Source: Planctomycetota bacterium
Lineage (GTDB): Bacteria; Planctomycetota; UBA1135; GCA-002686595
Length of the DNA stretch: 25,591 nt
Assembly (NCBI GenBank): GCA_016872755.1
Contig: VGZE01000038.1
Span: 1 to 25,591 of the forward strand
Reading direction: 5' to 3'
Shown here piece by piece: positions 1 through 8,315 of the stretch. Made by a program: the position numbers and the translations under genes. Position 1 is the first letter of the stretch. Every line of letters starts with the position of its first letter. The notes under the pieces were generated by a model that made no database searches, was not told the DNA's origin, and saw nothing but the letters and a program-made list of their open reading frames with translations.

Positions 1-492
1 CTGCGTCCCGAACAGCGCCACGCGCGCGAGCTGCAGGCGTTGCTGGCGGGCCCGCTCGCGCCGGCGCTGGCCTCGGTGCAGTGGACCCAGGCCCAGTCGC
101 TGCTGCGCCGCGGCGAACTCGGCCCGGGGCTGCACGCGGCGCGCGGCGCACTCGCGCTCTGCCCGCGCAGCGCACCGCTGTGGGCCGAGTACGCACGCGT
201 GCTCGCGCTGCAGCTAGGATCGCCCGAGCGCGAACCCGATCCGCGGCGCCGCGCCGACTGGCTGAGCGCGGGCCTGGCCGCGCTCGACGAGGGTGCGCGC
301 GCGAGCGGCGAGCCGGCCGGATTCGCGTTCGCGCGCGCGTTCGTGCTGCTGGCCAAGGCGGGCACGGATCCGGCAATCGACTGGCCCGGCGGATCGGCCG
401 AGCTCGATCGCTCGGCACGCGAGGCCCTCGCCGCGGCCGCCGAGTTGGGCCATGGACCGGCTCGCGCGCTGCTGGAGGGCGCAGGACCCTGA
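1..492 (+). CDS. 3' end of a gene running in from upstream of the window; TPR-like helical repeat protein C-terminus (function unknown)
   Basis: Frame 1 is open from base 1 to the stop at 490-492. Ala/Leu/Arg-rich helical composition (LALCPRSAPLWAEYARVLALQLG) resembles TPR-type repeats. No catalytic motif recognised. Confidence 0.4.
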   Translation: MRPEQRHARELQALLAGPLAPALASVQWTQAQSLLRRGELGPGLHAARGALALCPRSAPLWAEYARVLALQLGSPEREPDPRRRADWLSAGLAALDEGARASGEPAGFAFARAFVLLAKAGTDPAIDWPGGSAELDRSAREALAAAAELGHGPARALLEGAGP

Positions 493-595
493 AAGCGCGG
501 CCTTTTTCCGAGGGCGGGATCCGACGATGGACTTGGCACCTTTGCCGAGGTCGGGAATACTGGAAGGGCCTGCCAGCCCCCCACCCCCGGCGCCG

Positions 596-1804
596 ATGAT
601 TCCAGTCCCGATCCACGCCCGGCCCGCCTTGCGGCGGCTGCTCGGCGCCTTGCTGGTCGCTTCGTGCGCGGCCCCCGTGGCCGGCCAGGTCGCTCCGTCC
701 CAGGCAGGACCTTCGGAGTCCGGCTCGGCGATCGTTCCCAAGCTGCGCGTGATGGTCGTCGGCGACTCGTGGGCCACCTACGAGGGTCCGGCGATTCGCC
801 AGGTCTTCTTGGACGCCGGCGATGGCGACAAGGACCTGCTCAACATCGGTGTCCCCGGCGCGAAGGTCGCGGTGTTCGACTCGCCCTTCTGGCTCGCGTA
901 CGGGAAGATGTTCCTCAAGCAGAACCCGACCATCGACACGATCCACTTCTCGATGGGCGGCGTCGATTTCCTGACAAGCTGGCACGCGGATGATCCGCCG
1001 GCCGTGCAGGCCGCGTTCTTCGACGACATTGCATTCCACATCCGGCACATCGCGCTTGAGCTGATGTCCGTGCGTCCGAACCTGCGCGTGCTGCTGACGG
1101 GCTACGACTTCTGGAATTTCGTCGAGCCGGTCGCGGCGCAGCCGGGGCAGTTGTGCTGGGACGCGTGGATCAACGTGTTCCACCAGCCGACTCCGGAGCA
1201 GGTCAATCTCGCGATGATGGAGATGGAGCTGCGCCTCGAGGATCTCGCTGAACAGTCGGACCGCATCGACTACGTGCGCACGATCGGCTTCCTGCAGACG
1301 CTGTACGGCTATCCGAGCAAGGGCATCCCGCCGTTCTCGTTTCGCATGCCCGACCTGAAGCTGCCCACGCCGCCCGAGGCGATGGCGGATGCGGGTCTCG
1401 ACTGCGTGCACCCGAGCGAGGCCGGCTATTACGTGCTCGCGCAGCACTTCTACGGCGCCTATTACCGCACGCGGTTCCACCCGGCCAGTGAGCTCGCGCT
1501 GCTGGGGCCGGCGCCGGGATTCGCCGGCGCGCAGAACACGGTCAAGGTGCAGGGGCTCACGCCGCTGCAACCGGCGCTGCTGTATTTCGGCTTCCGCCCC
1601 GCGCTCGAATCGGTCGGCGGTTGCACGTTGCCGCTGCTCGGCGTCGGCGAAGTCGCCGCGACGCTGGTCTTGCTGCCGGACGGATTCGGCAACGCCGGAA
1701 CGAAGTTCCAGATCCCGCTGGCACTCGAAGGCCGCATCCTGTTCACGCAGGCCGTGCAGCCCGGCTCATGTCGGGCCAGCAACGTCAAGACGACGTACTT
1801 GTAG
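596..1804 (+). CDS. Secreted SGNH/GDSL-family hydrolase (lipase/esterase-like), 402 aa
   Basis: ATG at 596 gives an N-terminal signal-peptide-like segment (MIPVPIHARPALRRLLGALLVASCAAPVAGQ). GDS block VMVVGDSWA and C-terminal DxxH block DCVHPSEAGYYVLA are typical of SGNH hydrolases. An in-frame ATG at 527 with a GAGGG 12 nt upstream is an alternative start. Confidence 0.7.
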   Translation: MIPVPIHARPALRRLLGALLVASCAAPVAGQVAPSQAGPSESGSAIVPKLRVMVVGDSWATYEGPAIRQVFLDAGDGDKDLLNIGVPGAKVAVFDSPFWLAYGKMFLKQNPTIDTIHFSMGGVDFLTSWHADDPPAVQAAFFDDIAFHIRHIALELMSVRPNLRVLLTGYDFWNFVEPVAAQPGQLCWDAWINVFHQPTPEQVNLAMMEMELRLEDLAEQSDRIDYVRTIGFLQTLYGYPSKGIPPFSFRMPDLKLPTPPEAMADAGLDCVHPSEAGYYVLAQHFYGAYYRTRFHPASELALLGPAPGFAGAQNTVKVQGLTPLQPALLYFGFRPALESVGGCTLPLLGVGEVAATLVLLPDGFGNAGTKFQIPLALEGRILFTQAVQPGSCRASNVKTTYL

Positions 1805-1897
1805 GGTTGCCGCACCGGCCGGTTGGAGGCCGGCTCAGGGCCGGCCGCACGGATCGCCCGCCGCCGGCCGACAGCGGAGACCGTAGCGCCGCCCGGA

Positions 1898-3646
1898 TCA
1901 GGTGCCGCGCGCCGCACCCGGCCGCGTCGGACCGTCCTTGCGCGAAGGCCCAGCCTCGCCAGCACCACCCTGCTCGGCGCTCTCTTGCGCGCTCTGCTGG
2001 TTGCCGCCGGCGAGCTTGCCCAGGTAGGCCGGCATCTCGACGCCGCCGATGTCCTTCATGATCTCGAGCGTCGGCGGCAGCGCGCCGGCCAGCGACTGCA
2101 GGAAATTCGCGGTGCTGCCGCCCTTGCCGTCCTTGCCGCCGCCGTCCCACACGACGACCTTGTCGAACTTGATGTTCTGGATCGCCTTGGACGCGTTCTC
2201 GCTGAGCTTCTCGATGTGCTCGAGCATCAGCATCTGGAACGCGGCCTGCGAGCCTCCGCAGCTCTCGACGATCTTCTTCAGACCCTCGCCCTTCTTGGCC
2301 AGGATCTCGTACTGACCGCGCGCCTCGGCTTCCAGGCGCGCGAAGATCGCGCCGGCGGCCGCCTCGGCCTCGATCTTGGTCCTGGCCGCATCGGCCTCCG
2401 CGTCGACGATGACCTTCTCCTTGATCGCGCGCGCGACGGCTTCGAGCTCGGCGCGCTTCTCCATCTCGATCTTCTTGGCCTGCGCCTCGGCCGCGCGGGC
2501 CTCGGCCAGGTATTGCGCCTCGCGCACGCGCGCCTCGGCCTCGCGGTGGCGCGTCTCGCCGATCTGGTAGGCCTCGGCCTCGCGCACGCGCAACTCGGCG
2601 TTCGCGCCGGCCACCTCCGCCTTGGCCTTGTTCTCGCCGCCGACCGCGCGCGCCAGCGCCTCGGCCTCGCGGATGCGCAGCTCGGCCGCAGTGCCGGCGA
2701 TCGTCGCCTTGGCCTCGTTCTCGCCGATGACGGCCTTGGCATTCGCGTCGGCGACCTTGATGCGCTTCTGGCGCTCCGCCTCGCGCACCTGGGCTTCCTG
2801 CTCGAAGGCCGCGGTCTGCTGACCGATCTGCTTTTCCTTCTCCAGCTCGGCCAGCTTGACGAGCTTCTCGCGCTCGGCGTCCTTCGTGCCGATCTCGCGC
2901 AGCTTCTCGGCGTTGGCGACGTTGATCGCGCGCTCGCGCTCGGCCTCGGCGACGCCGATCGAGCCCTTCTTCTCCTGCTCGGCCACGTCGATCATCGCCT
3001 GCTGCACGGCCGTGCTGGCCGCCTTGCGGCCGATCGCCTCGATGTAGCCGGACTCGTCGGTGATGTCCTTGATGTTCACGTTGATCAGCACGAGGCCGAT
3101 CTTCTTGAGCTCGGGCTCCAGCGAGGTCTGGATGCGCTCGAGGAACATGTCGCGGTCGCGGTTGATGTCCTCGATGCGCATCGACGCGATCACCTGGCGC
3201 AGCTGGCCGAAGATGATGTCCTCGGCCTGGCGCACGATCAGCGGCTTGTCGAGCCCGAGCAGGCGGATGGCCGCGTTGGTCATCACGTCCTCGTCGGTGC
3301 CGATCGCGACCGTGAACACGCTCGGCACGTTGACGCGGATGTTCTCGATCGAGAGCGCGCCCTGCAGCGGGATCTCGATCTGCATCGGGTCGAGGTCCAG
3401 CCAGTCGAAGGACTGGATCAGCGGCCAGACGAAGGAGCCGCCGCCGTGCAGCGTGCGCGCGGCGCGCCCGCTGGCGACCTTGCCGTAGATCACGAGCACC
3501 TTGTTCGACGGACAGCGCTTGTAGCGCCGCACGATCATCATCACGAAGCCGAACGCGATCAGGACGCCGGCGACGACGGCGAACAGCATGATCGCGTCGC
3601 CTTCGAAGAACGGGAGGCCTTGGGCCAGCAGGACGGAAGTGTTCAT
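1898..3646 (-). CDS. Flotillin / SPFH (band 7) domain protein, FloT/YqiK-like, 582 aa
   Basis: Start ATG (complement 3644-3646) gives MNTSVLLAQ, an N-terminal TM segment, an SPFH core (IENIRVNVPSVFTVAIGTDEDVM...LRQVIASMRIEDINRDRD) and a long Ala/Glu/Lys coiled coil with EA-repeat character typical of flotillins. The upstream part of the 775-aa track ORF overlaps nfeD and is Arg-rich junk, so it was trimmed. Confidence 0.85.
   Translation of the reverse strand: MNTSVLLAQGLPFFEGDAIMLFAVVAGVLIAFGFVMMIVRRYKRCPSNKVLVIYGKVASGRAARTLHGGGSFVWPLIQSFDWLDLDPMQIEIPLQGALSIENIRVNVPSVFTVAIGTDEDVMTNAAIRLLGLDKPLIVRQAEDIIFGQLRQVIASMRIEDINRDRDMFLERIQTSLEPELKKIGLVLINVNIKDITDESGYIEAIGRKAASTAVQQAMIDVAEQEKKGSIGVAEAERERAINVANAEKLREIGTKDAEREKLVKLAELEKEKQIGQQTAAFEQEAQVREAERQKRIKVADANAKAVIGENEAKATIAGTAAELRIREAEALARAVGGENKAKAEVAGANAELRVREAEAYQIGETRHREAEARVREAQYLAEARAAEAQAKKIEMEKRAELEAVARAIKEKVIVDAEADAARTKIEAEAAAGAIFARLEAEARGQYEILAKKGEGLKKIVESCGGSQAAFQMLMLEHIEKLSENASKAIQNIKFDKVVVWDGGGKDGKGGSTANFLQSLAGALPPTLEIMKDIGGVEMPAYLGKLAGGNQQSAQESAEQGGAGEAGPSRKDGPTRPGAARGT
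2585..2770 (-). repeat. Internal tandem duplication (~90 bp x2) inside the flotillin coiled-coil region
   Basis: Two adjacent ~30-aa units are near-identical: VIGENEAKATIAGTAAELRIREAEALARAV / GGENKAKAEVAGANAELRVREAEAYQIGE. The DNA units correspond (ctcggc...cttggcctcgttctcgcc...). Coordinates are approximate. Confidence 0.4.
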
Positions 3647-3660
3647 GGCGTGGACGCGAG

Positions 3661-4293
3661 TCAGGAAAGGCCGCTCTCGCGGCCGACGCGGGCGACGAGG
3701 AAGGTGTCGTTGTTCAGTTGCGACAGCACGAGCACCTGCGTGCCGGTCGGCAGTTCGGCGCCGTCGGTCAGCGCCTGGTACTCGGCGCTGCGCCCCTGGA
3801 TCGACAGCGTGATCTTCCCGGCGCCGGAGCGATTGGCCGGGATGCGCAAGTACACCTGCGCGGACTTGCCGACCGCGTTCTCGGAGCGGATGTTGCCTTC
3901 GGTGTTGAGCTTGCGCTGCAGCGTGAGCACCCAGGCGACGATCAGCCCGACCGACATGCCGCAGGCCAGCGCGAACAGCGCGACCTGCCAGCTCTCCCAG
4001 CCGCGCTCGCAGGCCCACCAGCCGCCCAGGCCGAAGAAGGTCAGGAACGCGACCAGCGTGCGCACGGACAGCAGTTGGAACGAGCCGGCGGATTCGTGCG
4101 TGTCGGCATGGCCGGCACCGACGTCCTCGGGGTGCAGGTCGTGCGCAGCGTCGTGTCCGTCGCCGATCCCGAAGGCGAGCAGCGCCGTCTGGATCACGAG
4201 AATCGTCCCGCCGGCAGCCGCGCAAGCTATGTAGACGAGTTCTTGGGTCAGCATGTTCGACTGCGCGCCGAAGGCCGTCGCGGCCTCGAGCAA
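3661..4293 (-). CDS. NfeD-family membrane protein (flotillin-associated, YuaF/YqiJ-like), about 197-210 aa
   Basis: N-terminal TM helices and a His/Asp-rich loop are followed by a C-terminal OB-fold-like segment (GKSAQVYLRIPANRSGAGKITLSIQGRSAEYQALTDGAELPTGTQVLVL) typical of NfeD short forms. It lies immediately upstream of flotillin on the same strand, with a 14-nt gap. The start is either the ATG at 4293 or the ATG at 4254. Confidence 0.7.
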   Translation of the reverse strand: MLEAATAFGAQSNMLTQELVYIACAAAGGTILVIQTALLAFGIGDGHDAAHDLHPEDVGAGHADTHESAGSFQLLSVRTLVAFLTFFGLGGWWACERGWESWQVALFALACGMSVGLIVAWVLTLQRKLNTEGNIRSENAVGKSAQVYLRIPANRSGAGKITLSIQGRSAEYQALTDGAELPTGTQVLVLSQLNNDTFLVARVGRESGLS

Positions 4294-4326
4294 TCTCCTG
4301 CGCAGGCGCGGCAGCCTACTCCCGAC

Positions 4327-5169
4327 ATGCCTTCGGGTTCAATGCGCGGCGCCGCTCCGTATACTCCTCCACGCGTGCTGCTGCTCCTGTCCGACGCCGC
4401 TCCCGGCATCCTCGACCGGGTGATCCAGTTCTTCGGCGAATTCGGGTATTGGGGCCCGTTCCTGCTTCTGCTTGCCTGCGGGCTGGGGCTGCCGCTGCCC
4501 GAGGAGATCTCGCTGATCGGCTCGGGCGTGCTGTTGTACGAGGGCTACGTCGAGTTCTGGCCGGTCACGGCGGTCTGCATGGTCGCGATCCTGGGCGGCG
4601 ACTCGATCCCGTTCCTGCTCGGGCGCCGTTACGGCCTGTCGCTGCTGCGCATCGGGTGGATCTCGAAGATTTTGCATCCGGAGCGCTTCGCGAAGTTCGA
4701 GGCAAAGTACGCGAAGCACCGCAACATGGCGGTTTTCTCGTGCCGCTTCGTGGCCGGCCTGCGCATGCCCGGCTACTTCCTGGCGGGCGCGATGGGCACC
4801 TCGTACTGGCGCTTCCTGCTGCTCGACACGATCGGCGCGGTGCTGACCGTGCCGATCTCGATCTACCTCGGCAAGCTGCTGGGCGGCGAGCGCGAGCGGC
4901 TGCAGCAGGAGGTGCACAAGGTGCACATGCTCGTGCTGTACGGCGTGATCGCCGTGCTGCTCTACCTGCTCTTCCGCGCCTGGCGCAAGCGCCGCGCGCT
5001 GGCCGCGGCGGCGCGCGCCGAGCAGGCCCCCCCGCCGCAGGTGCCGGTGCTGCCGATACGCGATCCGCGCCTGGCCGAGGTGGCCGCGCAGGCGCTGGAA
5101 GCCGGCCAGGAGGGCACGCTGGAGGCACGCCGCGGCGCGCCGGGCAACGGATCCGACCAAGCGCGCTAG
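4327..5169 (+). CDS. DedA / SNARE-associated (TVP38/TMEM64) family inner-membrane protein, 280 aa
   Basis: Only the part of frame 1 downstream of nfeD is usable. ATG at 4327 (or 4342) gives MPSGSMRGAAPY...FFGEFGYWGPFLLLLACGLGLPLPEEISLIGSGVLLY, followed by GRRYGLSLL...FEAKYAKHRNMAVFSCRFVAGLRMPGYFLAGAMG, which are DedA hallmark blocks. Stop TAG at 5167-5169. Confidence 0.75.
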   Translation: MPSGSMRGAAPYTPPRVLLLLSDAAPGILDRVIQFFGEFGYWGPFLLLLACGLGLPLPEEISLIGSGVLLYEGYVEFWPVTAVCMVAILGGDSIPFLLGRRYGLSLLRIGWISKILHPERFAKFEAKYAKHRNMAVFSCRFVAGLRMPGYFLAGAMGTSYWRFLLLDTIGAVLTVPISIYLGKLLGGERERLQQEVHKVHMLVLYGVIAVLLYLLFRAWRKRRALAAAARAEQAPPPQVPVLPIRDPRLAEVAAQALEAGQEGTLEARRGAPGNGSDQAR

Positions 5170-5204
5170 AATTCCATCCCTCACGAACACGTCCGCACGG
5201 AGCC

Positions 5205-5585
5205 ATCCTCATCGAACCCAAGACCCTTGCCTGCCTGGCCGCCCGCATCGCCGACGAGAAGAAGGGCCAGGACATCCAGGTGATCGACGTGAGAGAGCGC
5301 CTGCGCGTCGTCGATTACTTCGTGATCGCGACCGCGACCAGCCGGCCGCAAGTGCGCGCGATCCAGAACGAAGTTCACGTGCGCCTGAAAGCATTGGGCG
5401 AAACGCACCTGCCGATCGAAGGCGCCGATCTCGGCTGGTGGGTGCTGCTGGATTACGTCGACGTGGTCGTGCACGTGATGCAACCGGAGGCGCGCGCGTA
5501 CTACGAGCTCGAGCAGCTCTACGGCGACAGCGAGCGGGTCGACTGGCGCGCGGTCGATGTTCCGGCGCATGCCGCCGGCAACTGA
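5205..5585 (+). CDS. rsfS: Ribosomal silencing factor RsfS (Iojap/DUF143 family); start codon unresolved
   Basis: Conserved block IADEKKGQDIQVIDVRERLRVVDYFVIATATSRPQVRAIQNEVHVRLKALGE...WVLLDYVDVVVHVMQPEARAYYELEQLY matches RsfS. No ATG/GTG/TTG lies in frame between the dedA stop and the conserved core; the nearest upstream in-frame start is at 4449. Translation may start at a non-canonical codon (ATC 5205/5211 or CTG), or the gene overlaps the dedA 3' end. The 5' coordinate is approximate. Confidence 0.6.
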   Translation: MLIEPKTLACLAARIADEKKGQDIQVIDVRERLRVVDYFVIATATSRPQVRAIQNEVHVRLKALGETHLPIEGADLGWWVLLDYVDVVVHVMQPEARAYYELEQLYGDSERVDWRAVDVPAHAAGN

Positions 5586-5739
5586 ATCCGTGCGTTCGCG
5601 GAGCCTCGACTCCGAATTGCGTCCCGATTCCAGGCCCACGCGCCCGACTCCCGATAACTTCGGGTAGATTTGCTGGATGCAGCAGCTCGCGTGAGGATCG
5701 GCGTGTCCGCGTCCCCGCCAGCGTGCGCATCCCCGGCCC

Positions 5740-7299
5740 ATGAAAATCGTTCTCTATCAGCCCCAGCAGACCAACAAGCGCGTGCACGGGCAGTCGAACC
5801 TCGACATGCTGCCGCTCGAGCTGATCCACATCGCCGGATACCCGGTGCAGGCCGGCCACGAGTGCGTGGTGATCGACGGCTCGCTGTACGAGCAGGCCGA
5901 CGCGCACCGGCGCGTGCTGGAGGCTTGCGACGGCGCCGCGATCTTCGCGACGACCGGCATCCTCGGCTGGATGGTCTCCGATGGCTATGTGTGCGCCGAG
6001 AAGGTGCGCGCGAAGCATCCGGGGATCAAGCGCGTGATCGGCGGCTGGTTCACCAGCGTGATGCCGCACCTGCACCTGAAGGACGGCGTGTTCGACGCGG
6101 CGGTGCTGGGTCAGGGCGAGCTGACCTTCCGCGACCTCGTCGATGCAATCGGCGCGGGCACTCCGCTCGAACAGGTCGACGGCCTCGCGCTGTGGCGCGA
6201 TGGTCAGCTCGTCAAGACCGGCCATCGCGCCGTGGTCGGCTTCGAGAAGCTGCCCGAGCCGGCCTGGCACCTGATCGACTTCAAGCCCTACCGCGAGGGC
6301 CAACTGCGGGCCGCGGCGCTCAACGACCACGTGCACATGCCCGGACCGCCGTGGATCGGCAAGAAGAGCCACTACGTCGGCATCACGTACTTCTCGAGCT
6401 TCGGCTGCCCCGAGCCGTGCTCGTTCTGCTGCAGCCCGTTTGTGACCGAGCGGCGCTGGAAGGCGAAGAGCGCCGACAAGATCCTGGACGACATCCAGAT
6501 GCTGCAGGAGCGCTGGGGGCCGATCGACGTCGTGCGCTTCCACGATGCGAACTTCGGCGTGATGGAGAAGCGCACGCGCGCGTTCGCCGAGGGGATCCTG
6601 AAGCGGAACATGAAGCTCGGCTGGAACGCGTTCATCGAGACCTATTCGATCAACGACTACCAGCTCGACACGCTCGACCTGTGCGCGCAATCGGGCTACT
6701 ACGTCGCCGAGATCGGCGCGGAGTCGGGCGACGCCGAGACGATGAAGCGCGTCGGCAAGCCGATCCGCGGCGACATGAACTACAACGCGGCGGTGCGGCT
6801 GCACGACCGCAACATCTGGGCGTCGATCACCTACATCATCGGCTTCCCCTACGAGTCCGAGGAGTCGATGGTCGCGACGCTCGACGAGGCGCGGCGCATC
6901 CAACTGCGCTGCCCGAACTCGTCGACGCACGTGCTGCCGTTCCGGCCGATCCCCGGCACCTCGATGTACGACCTGGCGCAGGAGCTCGGCTTCCAGGCGC
7001 CGGAGGACATCCACTTCTGGGGCGGCCAGACCGAGTACCACCTGCAGCAGACCTGGAGCGTGATCCCGCCGCGCATCGCGCGGCTGCGCAAGCTGCACAA
7101 CCACTACACGACGCTCTACAAGGGCCTCGCTCACCGCGAGCCGGGCATGTTCGAACGGGTCGCGCGCTGGCACCTCGAGTCCGACAACATGCGCTTCCCG
7201 GTCGACGCGAAGCTGTTCGCGCTGGTCGACAAGATGGAGAAGCGGCTGTTCAAGAAGAAGGAAGTCAAGCAGGACCTGGTCGACCAGGCCCTGGGATGA
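5740..7299 (+). CDS. B12-binding (class B) radical SAM enzyme, 519 aa
   Basis: N-terminal cobalamin-binding Rossmann-like segment (MKIVLYQPQQ...LELIHIAGY...GHECVVIDGS). Radical SAM cluster motif CxxxCxxC in FGCPEPCSFCCSP. TIM-barrel-like core and a C-terminal extension. The fold is that of class B radical SAM methyltransferases/cyclases; the substrate is unknown. Confidence 0.85.
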   Translation: MKIVLYQPQQTNKRVHGQSNLDMLPLELIHIAGYPVQAGHECVVIDGSLYEQADAHRRVLEACDGAAIFATTGILGWMVSDGYVCAEKVRAKHPGIKRVIGGWFTSVMPHLHLKDGVFDAAVLGQGELTFRDLVDAIGAGTPLEQVDGLALWRDGQLVKTGHRAVVGFEKLPEPAWHLIDFKPYREGQLRAAALNDHVHMPGPPWIGKKSHYVGITYFSSFGCPEPCSFCCSPFVTERRWKAKSADKILDDIQMLQERWGPIDVVRFHDANFGVMEKRTRAFAEGILKRNMKLGWNAFIETYSINDYQLDTLDLCAQSGYYVAEIGAESGDAETMKRVGKPIRGDMNYNAAVRLHDRNIWASITYIIGFPYESEESMVATLDEARRIQLRCPNSSTHVLPFRPIPGTSMYDLAQELGFQAPEDIHFWGGQTEYHLQQTWSVIPPRIARLRKLHNHYTTLYKGLAHREPGMFERVARWHLESDNMRFPVDAKLFALVDKMEKRLFKKKEVKQDLVDQALG

Positions 7300-7508
7300 A
7301 CCGGCGCGTGGGGCCGAGTTGCGCCCGGCGACAATTCTGGCCCCGATCCAGGGGTCGCCCAGCTGGTTGAACGGGCCGGCTGAACGGGCCGCTCGCGCGG
7401 CTGGCAACCCGACGGCGGCGTGCCGGCGCAACGCACGACCGGAGCCGGGGTCGTGCCGGACGCCGGCGCCTGGGCGGCGCGGCCCTGCCGCCACATGGCT
7501 ACGGCCCC

Positions 7509-7751
7509 TTGCCTCGCTGCGGCCGAGCGGTGCTGGAGCGCCGCGGGTCCGGTCGGGCGCTGATCGAGTTCGAGGACGGTCGTGAACTGGTGGCTTCCGT
7601 AGCGCTGCGCCACCCCCGCGCCCGCCACGGGCACCCCTCGGTCGAGGTCGCCGAATCCGCCGACGGCGGCCATGCGACGGTGCTCGACGAGGACGACGGG
7701 CTCATCCCGGCCTCGTTCAGCCCGGTCGTACAGCCTGCCCCAGCCCTCTGA
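7509..7751 (+). CDS. Hypothetical small protein (about 75-80 aa)
   Basis: TTG start at 7509 (or GTG at 7529). GC3 is very high and codon usage is coding-like (gag/gac/ctg/atc/ttc). The C-terminus is acidic. It sits in a 650-bp gap between the radical SAM gene and the HU gene. No recognisable domain. Confidence 0.3.
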   Translation: MPRCGRAVLERRGSGRALIEFEDGRELVASVALRHPRARHGHPSVEVAESADGGHATVLDEDDGLIPASFSPVVQPAPAL

Positions 7752-7820
7752 GCAGCGCTCGCGACCACTCCGCGGCGCCAGGAATCCTCGGGAAAATCGC
7801 ATTTTCTCGCGACACAGCCC

Positions 7821-7850
7821 TTCGAAAACGCCTGAAAAAAGCGCTAGGCT
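7821..7850 (+). promoter_or_regulatory. Candidate sigma70-type promoter for the HU gene (-35 TTCGAA, 18-nt spacer, -10 TAGGCT)
   Basis: It lies in the only AT-enriched stretch of the window (7790-7850), about 110 nt upstream of the HU start. An imperfect inverted repeat GAAAATcgcATTTTC at 7792-7806 sits just upstream and could be an operator. Motif match only. Confidence 0.2.
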
Positions 7851-7957
7851 CCGCTTCCGTGTCGTGCGCCTGGGGCTTTCGCCACGGTGTTTTCGCACGC
7901 ACGTCCAAACCTATCGATCAATCCGATCAACGCACAGGAAGAGGAAAGAGAACCTAC

Positions 7958-8308
7958 ATGGCAACGAAGAAGAATGCGGGCGGCTCGTCGAAGCCGATCA
8001 AGAACGTGCTCAGCAAGTCGGCCCTCGCCAGCCACATCGCGGGCTCGACCGGCATCGCGTCGAAGGACGTGAAGGCCGTCATGGGCGCGCTCGAGGGCGC
8101 GATCTGCGGCTCGATCAACAAGAAGGGCGCGGGCATGTTCGTGCTGCCCGGTCTGCTCAAGATCACCGCGGTCAACGTTCCGGCCAAGCCGAAGCGCACC
8201 GGCATCAACCCGTTCACGGGCCTCGAGCAGACCTTCGCCGCCAAGCCGGCGAGCGTGAAGGTCAAGGTCCGCCCGATGAAGAAGCTGAAGGACGCGGCGA
8301 AGGGCTAG
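7958..8308 (+). CDS. HU/IHF-family nucleoid-associated DNA-binding protein with a Lys/Ala-rich N-terminal extension, 116 aa
   Basis: Strong RBS GAGGAAAGAG 8 nt upstream of ATG 7958. The HU fold signature includes the beta-arm and RTGINPFTG (R-x-G-R-N-P-x-T-G-like) motif: KSALASHIAGSTGIASKDVKAVMGALEGAI...GMFVLPGLLKITAVNVPAKPKRTGINPFTGLEQTFAAKPASVKVKVRP. The first ~20 residues (MATKKNAGGSSKPIKNVLSK) form a basic tail. Confidence 0.85.
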   Translation: MATKKNAGGSSKPIKNVLSKSALASHIAGSTGIASKDVKAVMGALEGAICGSINKKGAGMFVLPGLLKITAVNVPAKPKRTGINPFTGLEQTFAAKPASVKVKVRPMKKLKDAAKG

Positions 8309-8315
8309 TCCCCTC

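Noticed and set aside
1828-1846. GC hairpin GGCCGGC-tcagg-GCCGGCC between the convergent SGNH hydrolase and flotillin genes
   Set aside because: A 7-bp stem with no U-tract on either side. GC-rich palindromes of this size occur by chance at this base composition, so it was not called a terminator.
1823-4234. 803-aa + strand ORF
   Set aside because: Antisense shadow of the flotillin/nfeD genes. The translation is low-complexity (LDLGLG, RLGL repeats) with no domain, and the opposite strand has clear flotillin homology.
5586-5739. Possible cobalamin or SAM riboswitch in the 154-nt leader of the first B12-radical SAM gene
   Set aside because: The leader is too short for a B12 riboswitch (about 200 nt) and no B12-box (conserved GCCACUG-like core) or SAM-I kink-turn consensus is visible. 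B12-dependent enzymes are not typical riboswitch targets anyway.
7368-7391. Direct repeat TGAACGGGCCG-GC-TGAACGGGCCG
   Set aside because: Only two 11-nt copies. This is too short to call a CRISPR, REP or mobile-element terminus. It is noted under the HU upstream-region finding only.
5209-7494. 761-aa - strand ORF and the overlapping 566-aa + strand ORF (5670-7370)
   Set aside because: Shadow or out-of-frame ORFs over the radical SAM gene. They are Arg/Ala/Gly/Pro-rich and carry no motifs.
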